Assembly: GCA_038882975.1 (NCBI GenBank)
Contig: JAVZNE010000010.1
Coordinates: 1-53,668 of the forward strand
Length of the DNA: 53,668 bases
Origin: Candidatus Bathyarchaeia archaeon
GTDB taxonomy: Archaea > Thermoproteota > Bathyarchaeia > Bathyarchaeales > Bathycorpusculaceae
Direction: 5' to 3'
This document shows, in pieces, positions 41,419 through 52,260 of this stretch (positions are counted from its first letter, which is position 1; every line of letters begins with the position of its first letter). Under the pieces are notes generated by a model, which did not search any database, was not told the origin of the DNA, and worked only from the letters and a program-made list of their open reading frames with translations. The translations under genes were made by a program, and so were the position numbers.

Positions 41419-41456
41419 AAATAGCGGTAATTTGAAAACGGTGCTACGTGCACAGT

Positions 41457-41858
41457 TTAAGATTGCAAAAACTTTTTGTAATATTCTTGAGCCTTAGCCA
41501 CAGCCTTTTCCGGATTCTTTAAAATTGGGTAACTTGCTCCAGGTGCGAGTTTTTCGCATTTACTGAAGTACTCTACAACCTTTTTAACATTTCCCTCGTA
41601 AATCGCCAATCCTCCGGCAATTTGATACCAGAGCTTTGCTCTAGTCAAGTCTTTTTCTTTTTCGAATTTCTTAGCGTTTTCAACAGCGTCATCTATGGAA
41701 ACACCGATTTTTCTCGGGTCCAAGAACATTACATTAAACAGCGCCTCATACGTTTCTTTATCGTCTCCGCATAATTTTTCGAGTTCGGTTAATTGCCTAG
41801 CTTCAATATCGGCTCTTTCTCCTTTCTTTCCTCTTCTGAAGATGTTCCACAAGCCCAT
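41457..41858 (-). CDS. Hypothetical helical (TPR-like) protein
   Basis: 133-aa ORF with SD GGAGG. Confidence 0.75.
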   Translation of the reverse strand: MGLWNIFRRGKKGERADIEARQLTELEKLCGDDKETYEALFNVMFLDPRKIGVSIDDAVENAKKFEKEKDLTRAKLWYQIAGGLAIYEGNVKKVVEYFSKCEKLAPGASYPILKNPEKAVAKAQEYYKKFLQS

Positions 41859-41954
41859 AATTTTCCTCCTTTACCTTGCTTTTCAAAGTTTTGTAATTGA
41901 TTATTCATTTATGTGATGATTAACTTTAAAGGTTTGTCTGTGTATATGTGCTTT

Positions 41955-42569
41955 ATGCCATATAAATTTACATTTGATCTTTCAAAAGTTCCGCGTTTCT
42001 TCTTTACTGAAGTGGCTAGAATTGTTTATGAAAAAAGAGTGCACAAAAAAGTCGGCGATGCTTTGCAAGATATTATTAAAAGATTTAGGATTCACGAGGC
42101 AACAGGCTTGAGTTTGTCCGACGCTATTCAGCTTTTGGAAGACTTTGTTGACATGGAGGTTAGAAACCGTTTGGAGAGGGAAAGATTTAGGGAGGCAAAG
42201 AGTAGGGCGTTATTTCTACCTCATTGTTCTAGAAAGTATATGGACAATAGATGCAAGGCAAAGTTTGAGCCAAGCATCCCCTCATACATTTGCGCTCACT
42301 GCTCTACCGACTGCCTGATTAATAGGGCTGTTTCAATAGCTGAGAAAAAGGGATATGATGTTTACATTATACCCGGGGGTTCGTGTATATACAAGATTTT
42401 AAAGGTTAAACGTTATGATGGTGTTGTAGGTGTTGCTTGCGGTGAGGAGGTAAGGCTGGCTGGGGAGGCATTATCTAGAATGAATGTTGCTGGTCAAGCC
42501 GTTCCTCTGCTTAGGAATGGTTGTGCAAACACATTTTTTAGCATTAAAACTTTAACGCAGATTCTCTAA
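41955..42569 (+). CDS. DUF116 family protein
   Basis: FLPHC.R, CxxC..C, YIIPGGS, GVAC and VPL..NGC. Confidence 0.88.
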   Translation: MPYKFTFDLSKVPRFFFTEVARIVYEKRVHKKVGDALQDIIKRFRIHEATGLSLSDAIQLLEDFVDMEVRNRLERERFREAKSRALFLPHCSRKYMDNRCKAKFEPSIPSYICAHCSTDCLINRAVSIAEKKGYDVYIIPGGSCIYKILKVKRYDGVVGVACGEEVRLAGEALSRMNVAGQAVPLLRNGCANTFFSIKTLTQIL

Positions 42570-42610
42570 AGAGAAAAATAGGGAGTTATTTTAGGTGAGG
42601 CGGCGACCTT

Positions 42611-42667
42611 CTACTTCTTTTCCTCTTTAGCCTTTTTCTTAGCTGCCTTTTTCTTACAAGCCAACAA
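42611..42667 (-). CDS. Lys/Ala-rich micro-protein M(L)ACKKKAAKKKAKEEKK
   Basis: SD GAGGTG at 42677-42672, TTG starts at 42667/42664, TATA TTATATAA at 42714-42707, T-rich tract downstream. Confidence 0.6.
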   Translation of the reverse strand: MLACKKKAAKKKAKEEKK

Positions 42668-42773
42668 TTTGCACCTCAAATCAATAAAATTAAAAAGTGA
42701 CTGGTATTATATAATTTTTATCATTATTTTGTAAATTATGGGTGAAATTTGCTGGAAAATTTAAGATAAAATG

Positions 42774-42935
42774 TTACTTAACTATTTCTCGTTTTTTCCA
42801 TCTGAGGTTTTTGCTGTGGCATTTTCTACATTTAACCGCTGTTGTGGCGTTTCGTGCGCCACATTCTCTGCAGATTTTCACGTAAAGCCTGCGCTGTTGA
42901 GCTAGAGTTTTTTTGAAAGGATCCATTATTGGCAT
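42774..42935 (-). CDS. rpl40e: 50S ribosomal protein L40e (below the ORF-track cutoff)
   Basis: Manual translation: MPIMDPFKKTLAQQRRLYVKICRECGARNATTAVKCRKCHSKNLRWKKREIVK. Confidence 0.95.
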   Translation of the reverse strand: MPIMDPFKKTLAQQRRLYVKICRECGARNATTAVKCRKCHSKNLRWKKREIVK

Positions 42936-43002
42936 TTTTCTTCAACCCATCTGCGGCTACAACAAACAGAATGTGCATCCAAATATACTTTATGCTGAAA
43001 AC

Positions 43003-43878
43003 CTAACGTTTTATCAGCTTTTCAAGTAATGTGGCAACTTCGCTGGGTTTATCAGCCACCTCAACACCAGCCTTTCTAAAAGCCTCTATTTTGCTTTCAG
43101 CTGTTCCAGTCTTGCCCATTATTATTGCGCCTGCGTGTCCCATGCGTTTTCCAGGCGGGGCTGAGCGTCCGGCTATAAAAGCGATGACCGGTTTGGGATA
43201 TTTTTCTTTGGCTATATATTCTGCAGCGAGTTCCTCGAGGTTTCCGCCTATTTCTCCTATGAGGGCTATGCCCTCTGTTTGGGGGTCCTTTTCAAAAAGT
43301 TTTAGGGCTTCTATAAAGTTTAAGCCGACTATTGGGTCGCCGCCCAAGCCTATGCATGTGGATTGCCCCATTTGTTTTTTGGTTAGGCTGGCAGCTATCT
43401 CATATGTTAGTGTTCCGCTTCTTGAAATCATGCCTATGCTTCCTGGCTTGAAGATATGAGCTGGCATTATCCCGAGTTTACATTCGCCCGGCGTTATTAT
43501 TCCCGGGGTGTTTGGTCCTATTATTGTGGCGTTGACTTGTTTGGCATACGCCATAACGTTAACGGCATCCCTCAATGGAATGTGCTCGGTGATTATGACA
43601 ACTGTTTTTATTCCGTTTTCCAGAGCTTCTAATGCGGCATCGGCTGCAAAAGGTGCTGGGACAAATATTATTGAGGTGTTAGCTTGGTGATGTTCTAATG
43701 CCTCTTCAACAGTGTCGTAGACTGGGACGTTATAGATTTTTGTTCCACCCTTACCTGGCGTTACACCCGCAACTATTCGTGTTCCATATTCCAGCATGAG
43801 TTTTGTGTGGAAGCTTCCCTGCGCTCCCGTTATGCCTTGAACTATGGCTCTAGTATTTTTGTCAACAATTATCCCCAT
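43003..43878 (-). CDS. sucD: Succinyl-CoA synthetase alpha subunit
   Basis: [22 protein letters not shown] and RMGHAGA. Confidence 0.97.
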   Translation of the reverse strand: MGIIVDKNTRAIVQGITGAQGSFHTKLMLEYGTRIVAGVTPGKGGTKIYNVPVYDTVEEALEHHQANTSIIFVPAPFAADAALEALENGIKTVVIITEHIPLRDAVNVMAYAKQVNATIIGPNTPGIITPGECKLGIMPAHIFKPGSIGMISRSGTLTYEIAASLTKKQMGQSTCIGLGGDPIVGLNFIEALKLFEKDPQTEGIALIGEIGGNLEELAAEYIAKEKYPKPVIAFIAGRSAPPGKRMGHAGAIIMGKTGTAESKIEAFRKAGVEVADKPSEVATLLEKLIKR

Positions 43879-43882
43879 TTTT

Positions 43883-45022
43883 TCACGCTCCGCTTTTGAC
43901 GATTTCCACTACCCGTTGGGCTGCCTCTTCCATGCTTTCCAGCACATGTATCCCAGCTTCGGTTAGTATGCGTTTTCCTTCCTCCTCGTTTGTTCCCACA
44001 AGCCGTATAACCAGTGGTTTTTCTATGCCCAGTTTTTTCTTTGCTGCCAAAATTCCTCTTGCAACCTCGTCGCAGCGGGTTATCCCGCCCAAAATGTTTA
44101 TGAATAAGGCTTTGACGTCCGGGTCTGAAAGCACAATTTTTAGGGCTGCCGCAATTTTTTCTGACGGAGCGCCGCCGCCCACGTCTAGGAAGTTTGCTGG
44201 TTTTCCGCCGTAAAGTTGTATGGCGTCGAGTGTTGCCATGACTAAGCCGGCCCCGTTACCTATTACACCTATGTTTCCGTCAAGTTTTACGTAAGCTAGG
44301 TCGTTTTTTGCGGCCTCAATTTCTTGTGGGGAGAGTTCACCTTCTAAAATTCTTCCTTTGAATTCTGGGTGGCGGAAAAGGGCGTTATCATCAATTATCA
44401 TGCGGGTGTCAACGGCAACAAAATTTCCGTCTGAAGTTTCAACGAGGGGGTTCATTTCAATAAGTTCGGCATCGTAGTCCATTCCAGCCCTGTATAGGCT
44501 GTAGAAGATGTTTCCAAGCAGTGAAAGCTGGCTTCCAGCGTATCCCATGTTTTTTGCTATTTGCCTAGCGTGGTATGGTCTGAAACCATGCTGTGGGTTT
44601 ATGGTGAACCTTATGACTTTTTCAGGGGTTTTTGCGGCAATTTCTTCTATTTCCATTCCGCCTTCTGGTGATGCGATTGCGACGTAGCTTTTTGAGAATC
44701 TGTCAACGGTCATGCCGAAATAAAGCTCTTTTTTGGCTTGTATTTTTTCTTCAATCCAAACACTTCGGATGGGTATCCCCTTAATCTGCATGCCAAGCAG
44801 TTTTTCCGTAGCTTTTTCCGCCTCTGCTATTGAGTTTGCAAAAATTATTCCTCCAGCTTTCCCTCTTCCTGCAACTGGGACTTGTGCCTTTATAACTAGG
44901 GGTGGATTAAGCTTTGAGAATATTTCTCGGGCTTGAGCTATGTTAGTGGCTATTTCCCCTTTTGGTGTTGGGACACCGTACTTTGCAAGTATTCTTTTTG
45001 CCTCATATTCGAGGAGCTTCAT
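43883..45022 (-). CDS. sucC: Succinyl-CoA synthetase beta subunit
   Basis: [22 protein letters not shown] and [10 protein letters not shown]. Confidence 0.97.
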   Translation of the reverse strand: MKLLEYEAKRILAKYGVPTPKGEIATNIAQAREIFSKLNPPLVIKAQVPVAGRGKAGGIIFANSIAEAEKATEKLLGMQIKGIPIRSVWIEEKIQAKKELYFGMTVDRFSKSYVAIASPEGGMEIEEIAAKTPEKVIRFTINPQHGFRPYHARQIAKNMGYAGSQLSLLGNIFYSLYRAGMDYDAELIEMNPLVETSDGNFVAVDTRMIIDDNALFRHPEFKGRILEGELSPQEIEAAKNDLAYVKLDGNIGVIGNGAGLVMATLDAIQLYGGKPANFLDVGGGAPSEKIAAALKIVLSDPDVKALFINILGGITRCDEVARGILAAKKKLGIEKPLVIRLVGTNEEEGKRILTEAGIHVLESMEEAAQRVVEIVKSGA

Positions 45023-45049
45023 TTTTAAACATCCCATTTCACTTATGTG

Positions 45050-45508
45050 CTATTTTATGGATTCTATCGCAACATAGGACTTTGTATCTTTTATGCCTTC
45101 AATTGCGGACAACTTCCTTAAAACCTCGTGGAGCCTATCTCTTTCAACTATTAATACGGCGTCAACGTCGCCTGCAACCCTGAAAGCCTTTTGCACGACT
45201 GTTTCTCTGATTTTTTCGTAGACTTCACTTCTTTTGGGCGGGTAAACTTTAATGAATATGAAGGCTGGTGTTGACGATACGCCCATGGCATTCAATCCTT
45301 TTTCCGTTACGTCTATGAATCCTCTTCCAGTTCTTATGTAGTTTAGGTCTCTGAGCCTTTTTAAGTGGAGGTTTAGTGCTTGTCTGCTTATGCCCAATTC
45401 TTTTGCTAGGTCGCTTTGTCTCACGTGTAAAGTGTACGTGTTTGTTGATTTTCCTTTCTCATATAGCATTCGTAGAAGTTGGATTGAGCGTCTTGTTAGT
45501 GTTTCCAA
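45050..45508 (-). CDS. Lrp/AsnC-like transcription regulator
   Basis: QSDLAKELGISRQALNLHL HTH plus RAM-like C-terminus (VAGDVDAV). Confidence 0.85.
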   Translation of the reverse strand: METLTRRSIQLLRMLYEKGKSTNTYTLHVRQSDLAKELGISRQALNLHLKRLRDLNYIRTGRGFIDVTEKGLNAMGVSSTPAFIFIKVYPPKRSEVYEKIRETVVQKAFRVAGDVDAVLIVERDRLHEVLRKLSAIEGIKDTKSYVAIESIK

Positions 45509-45720
45509 GTTTTTAACACTTCTTAAATGTCGACTGGTGTTAGAAGTTTTTACAATAGTATTGGTTATTTAAGCATTTAGCAAGTTTTAATTTGTTTAGA
45601 CCTTCTACTGCGGGCGTTTTAGGGCTGTAATAGAAGTTTTAACCGTAATGTATTTATTTACGGATAAAAATGGTTATGAAGCCATAGAAAAAGTGGAAAC
45701 AAGGAGTGAGGCGGTCCAAA

Positions 45721-45999
45721 ATGTCTGAAAGCAACTCAGTGTTGATCGGGAAGAAGCCAGTAATGAACTATGTACTGGCTTGCATAACCCTCTTCCACGG
45801 CGGAGCAAAAGAGGTAAATATTAAGGCAAGAGGGAGAGCCATAAGCCGAGCTGTTGACGTCGTTGAGGTCGTTAGGCGCCGATTCCTACCAGACGTTAAA
45901 GTTAAGAAAGTAGGTATCGGAACTGAGCAGGTGGCACCCAGAGAAGAGGGTGGCACGCCTACAAACGTCAGCACCATCGAGATAACGCTGGAACGCTGA
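45721..45999 (+). CDS. albA: DNA/RNA-binding protein Alba
   Basis: [25 protein letters not shown] and VSTIEI. Confidence 0.97.
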   Translation: MSESNSVLIGKKPVMNYVLACITLFHGGAKEVNIKARGRAISRAVDVVEVVRRRFLPDVKVKKVGIGTEQVAPREEGGTPTNVSTIEITLER

Positions 46000-46064
46000 A
46001 ACGCAACGGCTGGACTTTCCAAAGCTCCGCCGCCCCTCCTTTATTTGTGGAGGGTATCCCTTTA

Positions 46065-46574
46065 GTGAAAACAGTATTGTGTAGTTTCTGTTTAAAAAGC
46101 GGAATCTTATGCCAAAAGTGTTCAGAGAAGGTTAAATCCGGCGAAGTTTCGGAGCTTGATTTGAAAATTGCCCGTCTACTCCTTTCTTTAGAGGAAACTT
46201 ATCCTTCCCTTCAGAATGTTTATTTTTATAAGGCTGTGGATGCCGGAAAAACTTTAGCCATAATTGTTGGTAAGGGGGATGTCCCTCGTCTCCTTGGGTA
46301 TGGCGGGAAGATAATTAAGGCTTTGGGGGAGAAAACTGGCAAGTCTATAAGGGTTTTGGAGTATGGCGTCGATGATAGAAAGTTTTTGGAGGATTTGTTT
46401 GCCCCCTTAGGTATAGTCACCATAAACACTATTTGGCTTCCGGACGGGACAACTGAAACTCGAGTTATTTTGAGGAAGAGGGGTGGGAGACAGCCGCCCT
46501 TTGATGTAAAGGCTTTAAAGGAGATTGCCCGTAAAGTTCGCAACATGACGCTGCGGGTGGAGTTTACAGACTAG
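46065..46574 (+). CDS. NusA-like KH-domain protein with N-terminal Cys cluster
   Basis: CSFCLKSGILCQKC, LGYGGKII and INTIWLPDG. Confidence 0.8.
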   Translation: MKTVLCSFCLKSGILCQKCSEKVKSGEVSELDLKIARLLLSLEETYPSLQNVYFYKAVDAGKTLAIIVGKGDVPRLLGYGGKIIKALGEKTGKSIRVLEYGVDDRKFLEDLFAPLGIVTINTIWLPDGTTETRVILRKRGGRQPPFDVKALKEIARKVRNMTLRVEFTD

Positions 46575-46589
46575 TTAGGGCGTGAACCA

Positions 46590-47909
46590 ATGAAACTTGA
46601 CCCTGTTGGGGACTGGCGGAGAACCCACTACTCTGTTGATGTCCGACCGGAGCTTGATGGGCAAGAGGTTACTCTTTTCGGTTGGGTTCAAGAAATTCGG
46701 GATTTAGGCGGAATTCGCTTCATAATATTGCAAGACCGCGAAGGCACAGTGCAAATAACCATTCCACGGAAAAAGGTAAGTAGCGAAGTTTTGGCGAAGG
46801 CTGAAGCCTTGCAGAGGAGATACAGCATAGGCGTGAAAGGGATTGTAAAGAAGACGGAAATTACTCCCAGAGGGGTCGAAGTTATACCGAAGGAAATTAG
46901 AATTTTCAGCGCCGCGGCTTCTCAACTGCCAATAGACATAACTGGAAAAGTGCCAGCACAGTTGGAGGTTCGGCTTGACGCCCGCGCATTGGACCTTTGC
47001 CGCGAAGAAAGCATAGCCATCTTCAAAATTCAACACACGGCTGTAGAGGCAATTCGCGATTTTCTCTTTGAAAGGGGATTCATAGAGGTTCATACTCCAC
47101 GCATAATTGCCTCAGCCACAGAGGGTGGCGCGGCACTTTTCCCGGTGGACTATTTTGAAAGGAAGGCTTTTCTTGCGCAGAGTCCCCAGCTTTACAAGGA
47201 ACAGTTAGTCATGAGTCTTGAAAAGGTCTTTGAAATAGGCCCCTTTTTTAGGGCTGAGGAATCCCATACAAGACGGCATTTGAGTGAGTTTGTCTCAATA
47301 GATATTGAGCAGGCTTTTGCATCGGCTGAAGATGTTATGCAGTTGCTGGAGCAGCTTATGCAGCACACATGTAAAGTTGTCCATGATAAATGCCAGAGGG
47401 AACTGGCAACGTTAAATCATCAAGTGAATGTGCCTGAAATCCCCTTCAAACGCTTGACCTACGACCAAGTACTCGAAGACTTGAAAAGAGAAGGCATAAA
47501 GATTCCTTGGGGTGAGGACATACCGACACCGGCCTTCAGAACGCTAGGCAAAATTCACCCATACTTTTACTTCATCACGAATTGGCCGACAAGGTCTAAG
47601 GCTTTCTACATAAAGCCTAGGGATGATAACCCTGAAATTTGTGAAGGCTTTGATCTTATGTGGCGTTGGATTGAGCTTTCTTCCGGTGGGACCAGAATCG
47701 CTTCAAAGGAGCTTCTAGTAGAGCGGCTAAGGGAGAAGGGGTTGAATCCAGAATCCTTTAAGTATCATTTGCAAGTTTTCGATTATGGTATGCCACCTCA
47801 TGCTGGTTGGGCTATTGGTTTGGAAAGGCTTACAATGATGTTAACTGGGAAGAAGAATATCCGTGAAGTTACGCTTTATCCAAGGGACAAGTTTAGGCTT
47901 ACGCCATGA
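46590..47909 (+). CDS. aspS: Aspartyl-tRNA synthetase (archaeal; probably non-discriminating)
   Basis: RTHYS, ATEGGA, LAQSPQLYK, FRAEES, GMPPHAG and PRD..RLTP. Confidence 0.96.
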   Translation: MKLDPVGDWRRTHYSVDVRPELDGQEVTLFGWVQEIRDLGGIRFIILQDREGTVQITIPRKKVSSEVLAKAEALQRRYSIGVKGIVKKTEITPRGVEVIPKEIRIFSAAASQLPIDITGKVPAQLEVRLDARALDLCREESIAIFKIQHTAVEAIRDFLFERGFIEVHTPRIIASATEGGAALFPVDYFERKAFLAQSPQLYKEQLVMSLEKVFEIGPFFRAEESHTRRHLSEFVSIDIEQAFASAEDVMQLLEQLMQHTCKVVHDKCQRELATLNHQVNVPEIPFKRLTYDQVLEDLKREGIKIPWGEDIPTPAFRTLGKIHPYFYFITNWPTRSKAFYIKPRDDNPEICEGFDLMWRWIELSSGGTRIASKELLVERLREKGLNPESFKYHLQVFDYGMPPHAGWAIGLERLTMMLTGKKNIREVTLYPRDKFRLTP

Positions 47910-47928
47910 CAATTTAGGTTGGAAAAGC

Positions 47929-48020
47929 CAAAATTGACTACCCCCTCTAGATTTTTCGGAATCGCTCTATGCGGAATTTGATTGCGTTATCAGTTTCATT
48001 TTCGTCTCCCCTCCCTCCTA
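47929..48020 (-). repeat. Intergenic two-block G-rich element, copy 2
   Basis: Minus strand: TAGGAGGGAGGGGAG ... AAAAATCTAGAGGGGGTAGTCAATTTTG. Confidence 0.55.
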
Positions 48021-48126
48021 AGTTTTTGCCCTTTTTACCGGACTTTAATGCGTTGTTTGGCTTCCAAAGATTTTGATTTAAACTTGTTCTAAAAGTTGAT
48101 AAAGAGGCTTTTCTCTATCTCCAAAC

Positions 48127-49632
48127 ATGGGAGAACGCCTAAAAATAGCGTGCGGAGTCTTCGGCGCAATAAACTTTGAACGGCAACCCATATTTCCATA
48201 CGTGTATTGGGGTTTGAGGGCGCAAAACCATAGGGGACACCAGTCCCACGGCTTTCTCACGTACGCTGATGGAAAATTCTACGTTCATAGAAGCTTAGAC
48301 CTTGTGCCAAAAATAAAGACAAGCGCCATTCAAGAGTGGTTTGGGCGTCTTCCGGGGCATATTGGAATAGGTAATGTTAGATACACAACTTCTGGAAAGA
48401 CGGATGAGAAGTCTTTGATAAGGGGCACTCAACCGGTAACTGCCTCAAAAAATGGTTTTAAAGTGGCTATCTCCTTTAACGGCAATGTTGTCAACACCTT
48501 TCGGCTTAAAAAGGAAATATCCAGAGAGTTTCCAAATTTTTCTTATGAATGCGATGCTGACCTCATTTGCCACAAATTCCTAATTGAACTAATCAAACGC
48601 AGAGATCTCGCTACCGCTGTGGAAACGTGCATGCAGGAAGTTGAGGGTGCCTTTTCTGTTGCTGGGATAACTGGAGAAGGCGAGTTTTTCGCTTTTAAGG
48701 ACCCTCATGGTATAAGACCACTCTGTGCTGGTCACAGTGATGACGAGAAGACATATGCGTTTTCTTCGGAAACTGTTGGTTTAGACATAAATGGTTTATG
48801 CCGAGATTTTGAGGTGGAGCCCGGCGAGTTCATAACAGTTTCAGAGGGCGGATTTAGACGTGAAAGGCTTATGTGTTCTGAACGGAAAGCCTTTTGTGCC
48901 TTTGAGTTTGCCTATTTTGCCAGGCCAGACTCCATTTTTGACAGAAAGTATGTTTATGAGATTCGCGAGGAGTTCGGAAGGAATCTTGTTAGGGAGAACC
49001 CGGACATTGTTAGGGATGCGGATATGGTCATTTCCATGCCGGAGACTGGCGATGATGCGGCGTTGGGGGTTCATGAGGAGTCTGGTTTGAGGTGGGAGAG
49101 GGCGACCCGAAGACACCGCTATGTGACTGAACGCGCCTTCATACTGCTTAACAAGGAACGTTATGCCACCATAGACAAGAAAATCAACGTTCTAGCCTCA
49201 AAGGTGAACGGTAAAAAAGTCATAGTGGTGGATGATAGCATTGTTCGGGGCGACACGACGCGTATTACTGTGGAGAAGCTTCGCAGAATGGGCGCCAAGA
49301 AAGTCTACTTATTTGTGACTTTTCCCCGCATAATTGGTCCATGCTTTTACGGGATAGACATGGCAACCTATGGGCAGCTTATAGGCGCAAAGCACACGCC
49401 AGAAGGAATAGCCAAAATTATAGGGGCAGATGCTGTGTGCTACCAGTCTATAAATGGGCTTGTGAGAGCCACCGGTTTTAGAAAGGACGAATTGTGCCTA
49501 GGCTGTTTAACTGGCGAGTATCCAACGCCTCTTGCTCAAAAGATTGCAGACGAGATGAAAAAGAGGTTTCTGGAAGGCTTTGAGGAAACTGGAAGGCTTT
49601 ATGAGATTCCGGAGCTTATTGGTGAGAATTAG
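48127..49632 (+). CDS. purF: Amidophosphoribosyltransferase
   Basis: CGVFG, HRG, VRYTTSG, CAFEFAYFARPDS, VVDDSIVRG and PCFYGIDM. Confidence 0.95.
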   Translation: MGERLKIACGVFGAINFERQPIFPYVYWGLRAQNHRGHQSHGFLTYADGKFYVHRSLDLVPKIKTSAIQEWFGRLPGHIGIGNVRYTTSGKTDEKSLIRGTQPVTASKNGFKVAISFNGNVVNTFRLKKEISREFPNFSYECDADLICHKFLIELIKRRDLATAVETCMQEVEGAFSVAGITGEGEFFAFKDPHGIRPLCAGHSDDEKTYAFSSETVGLDINGLCRDFEVEPGEFITVSEGGFRRERLMCSERKAFCAFEFAYFARPDSIFDRKYVYEIREEFGRNLVRENPDIVRDADMVISMPETGDDAALGVHEESGLRWERATRRHRYVTERAFILLNKERYATIDKKINVLASKVNGKKVIVVDDSIVRGDTTRITVEKLRRMGAKKVYLFVTFPRIIGPCFYGIDMATYGQLIGAKHTPEGIAKIIGADAVCYQSINGLVRATGFRKDELCLGCLTGEYPTPLAQKIADEMKKRFLEGFEETGRLYEIPELIGEN

Positions 49633-49694
49633 TGGCAAAATAGATTAGCGTCCTCTGGCATTTAGCATTTTAGCATTCAGAAGGGTGGCACATC

Positions 49695-51107
49695 TTGGTC
49701 GAAAAGGTCGGCGTGCTTGTTGTTTCTTACGGCGCTCGTGAGGTGGCTATGGTTGACGCTTTTCTGCGGAGCACAAACTATAAGGTTGAGGTTTATGTTG
49801 CCGATAAGCAGCGGAACCCCTTTAACGTGAAAAATGCCAAGGCGCACGTTGTTATTCCAGACTTAAATGTGGAGGCTATATGCAAATTCGCTGAAAACCA
49901 TAAAGAAAGCATAGACTTCGGCATTGTCGGTCCTGAAAAGCCCATAATTGAGGGCGTCCGCGACCTTGTTGAGCAGCAAACTGGCATACCGATGATTTGC
50001 CCGACAAAAGATTACGCCATAGAAGCCAGCAAAGTCAAACAACGCTTACTTTTTAAAGAGACCGTTCCAGAAGTGAACCCTAGATTCAAAATCTTCCGCC
50101 CAGAAGACTATGAAGGAGCAGAAGATGTCCGTAAAGAGCTTTACAGGTGGCTTGACGAGCTTGGAAACATGGCTGTTGTTAAACCAGACAAGCCAGCTGC
50201 TGGAAAAGGCGTGGGAGTCTGGGGAGACCACTTCACCACCCGCGAGCAACTCTTTGAACATTTTTGGGAAAACCTGCGGCACGGCGCTGTTATTGTTGAA
50301 GAGAAAATTGAAGGGGAAGAGTCCAGCTTCCAAGCCTTCTGCGACGGAAAACATTTGGTGCCTCTTCCAGAAACGAGAGATTATAAGCGCGCCTTTGACG
50401 ATGATAAGGGTCCAAACACCGGCGGCATGGGTTCCTACAAGGATGTTGGCGAAATACTGCCCTTCATGACAGCGTCGGACAGAGAAAAAGAGTTGGAAAT
50501 TGTGAGGAGGATTTTTGATAAGTGGCGGGCTTCGGGCAACAACACCTTGAGGGGAATCCCATTCTATGTGGCTTTTATGCACACCGGCAAGGAACCGAAA
50601 ATTCTTGAGAACAATAGCCGCCCGGGCGACCCGGAAATAATTAACATTCTGCCAATTTTGAAGGACGATTTTGTTGATGTGTGCTTTAAGATTCTTGATG
50701 GGAATCTAACCCGCATAGAGGTTGAAAAGGCCGCGACTGTGGTGACTTATAAGGTGCCGCCGAGTTATGGCGGTTATGCCGAGGCATTTCCAGAGCGCGT
50801 GAACAAGGCGGAAATAGACAAGCCCGTAGACCTAACAAAAGCCTATAAGCTGAGCAAGAAGTACGGTGACAGAATCCGTGTTTATCCAGCTTCTATGGAG
50901 CTTCGTGACGGCGAAACTTACGCCCTAAAGTCAAGGGCTGTTTGTGTGGTTGGCGTGGGCGAAAATATCGAGGATGCCAGAAATGTCTCCTTAGAAGGTA
51001 TTAAAGCCATAAAGGGTGGAGCCTTGTGGCATAGAAACGACATAGCCTCGAAGCAGCACATAGAAAAGAGCATACGCCACATGGAGGCGCTCCGAAAACG
51101 AGGATGA
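49695..51107 (+). CDS. purD: Phosphoribosylamine--glycine ligase (divergent)
   Basis: VGPE, AAGKGV, EEKIEGEE.S, DYKRAFDDDKGPNTGGMGS and R.GDPE. Confidence 0.9.
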   Translation: MVEKVGVLVVSYGAREVAMVDAFLRSTNYKVEVYVADKQRNPFNVKNAKAHVVIPDLNVEAICKFAENHKESIDFGIVGPEKPIIEGVRDLVEQQTGIPMICPTKDYAIEASKVKQRLLFKETVPEVNPRFKIFRPEDYEGAEDVRKELYRWLDELGNMAVVKPDKPAAGKGVGVWGDHFTTREQLFEHFWENLRHGAVIVEEKIEGEESSFQAFCDGKHLVPLPETRDYKRAFDDDKGPNTGGMGSYKDVGEILPFMTASDREKELEIVRRIFDKWRASGNNTLRGIPFYVAFMHTGKEPKILENNSRPGDPEIINILPILKDDFVDVCFKILDGNLTRIEVEKAATVVTYKVPPSYGGYAEAFPERVNKAEIDKPVDLTKAYKLSKKYGDRIRVYPASMELRDGETYALKSRAVCVVGVGENIEDARNVSLEGIKAIKGGALWHRNDIASKQHIEKSIRHMEALRKRG

Positions 51108-52186
51108 AAAAAGTTTTCATTTCAGACTGTGAAGGGCCAATTTCGAAAAATGACAATGCCTTAGAGTTGACAGCCCATTACGTGCCCAACGGAGCGCACA
51201 TATTCACTGTCATAAGCCGATACGATGACGTGCTTGCTGATGTCGTAAAAAAGCATGGCTACAAGGCTGGAGACACGCTGAAGCTTATACTGCCCTTTCT
51301 TAGGGCTTATGGCGTTACAGACCGCAAAATGCAGAGTTTTTCAGCTAAAACGCTTTTGCTAATCTCAAATGTTAAGGAGAGTCTGGCTTTCATCAGAAAG
51401 GCTGCTGAAGCCTTTATTGTCAGCACGAGCTACGAGCATTACATTAGGGCGCTGTGCCAAGCCATAAACTTCCCTTTCGAGAACGTTTACTGCACAAAAG
51501 TGAAAATGGACGATTATCCGCTTAGCCAAAAAGAGCGGTATAGACTTCGGGAACTAGCAACAGAAATTGCAAAAATGCCTGTAATCGAAATTCCGAAAGG
51601 CGCAAGCTCCATTAAAGACTTTCCGAAATCGCATCAGCAAGTCATAAGGCAGCTTGATGAAATCTTCTGGGAAGAAATCGCAAAAATGGAAATCGGGAAA
51701 CTCTTCAGCGAGGTTAACCCCGTTGGCGGGTGTGAAAAATCCGAAGCGGTTATGCAGATAGCCAAAAAACTAGGCGTAAGCCTTTCAGAAGTGGTTTATG
51801 TTGGCGACAGCATAACAGATGTTGAAGCCTTCAAAACAGTCCGCAGCTGGGACGGCTTAACAATATCCTTTAATGGCAACCAATACGCCATAAGAGAGGC
51901 TGAAATCGCTGTAATGTCTGAAAAAGCGCTTGTAACAGCACTGCTAACAGTAGTCTTCTGTAAATATGGCAAAGAGGACGTAATCGAGCTTGTAAACAAC
52001 TGGAGCTTTGAAAGGATTAAAGAGCTTGACGTGGACGCGAAACTAAAAAACAAGTTTTTTGAGGCTTACGGCGAGAAACTCCCACGCATAGAAGTTGTCA
52101 CGACAGCAAACATGGAGAGGCTGGCAAAGGAAAGCACGTTTTTCCGCAAAACCGTGAGGGGCGAAGCCATAGGGCGTCTAGGCTAA
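51104..52186 (+). CDS. HAD-superfamily protein (EhaR-like)
   Basis: FISDCEGP, VSTSY and YVGDSITDV..F...SFNGN.YA. Confidence 0.85.
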   Translation: MKKVFISDCEGPISKNDNALELTAHYVPNGAHIFTVISRYDDVLADVVKKHGYKAGDTLKLILPFLRAYGVTDRKMQSFSAKTLLLISNVKESLAFIRKAAEAFIVSTSYEHYIRALCQAINFPFENVYCTKVKMDDYPLSQKERYRLRELATEIAKMPVIEIPKGASSIKDFPKSHQQVIRQLDEIFWEEIAKMEIGKLFSEVNPVGGCEKSEAVMQIAKKLGVSLSEVVYVGDSITDVEAFKTVRSWDGLTISFNGNQYAIREAEIAVMSEKALVTALLTVVFCKYGKEDVIELVNNWSFERIKELDVDAKLKNKFFEAYGEKLPRIEVVTTANMERLAKESTFFRKTVRGEAIGRLG

Positions 52187-52260
52187 GCTTGTCAAAGGTT
52201 TAATAGTCTAAAGCACCAACCTAAAATAATCCCAAACTTGAAGATGGAACGGGAAGCGCG

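Noticed and set aside
45540-45645. Repeated TAGAAGTTTT upstream of albA
   Set aside because: Matches the BRE/TATA-like AGAAGTTTTAA also seen near 5178; probably ordinary promoters.
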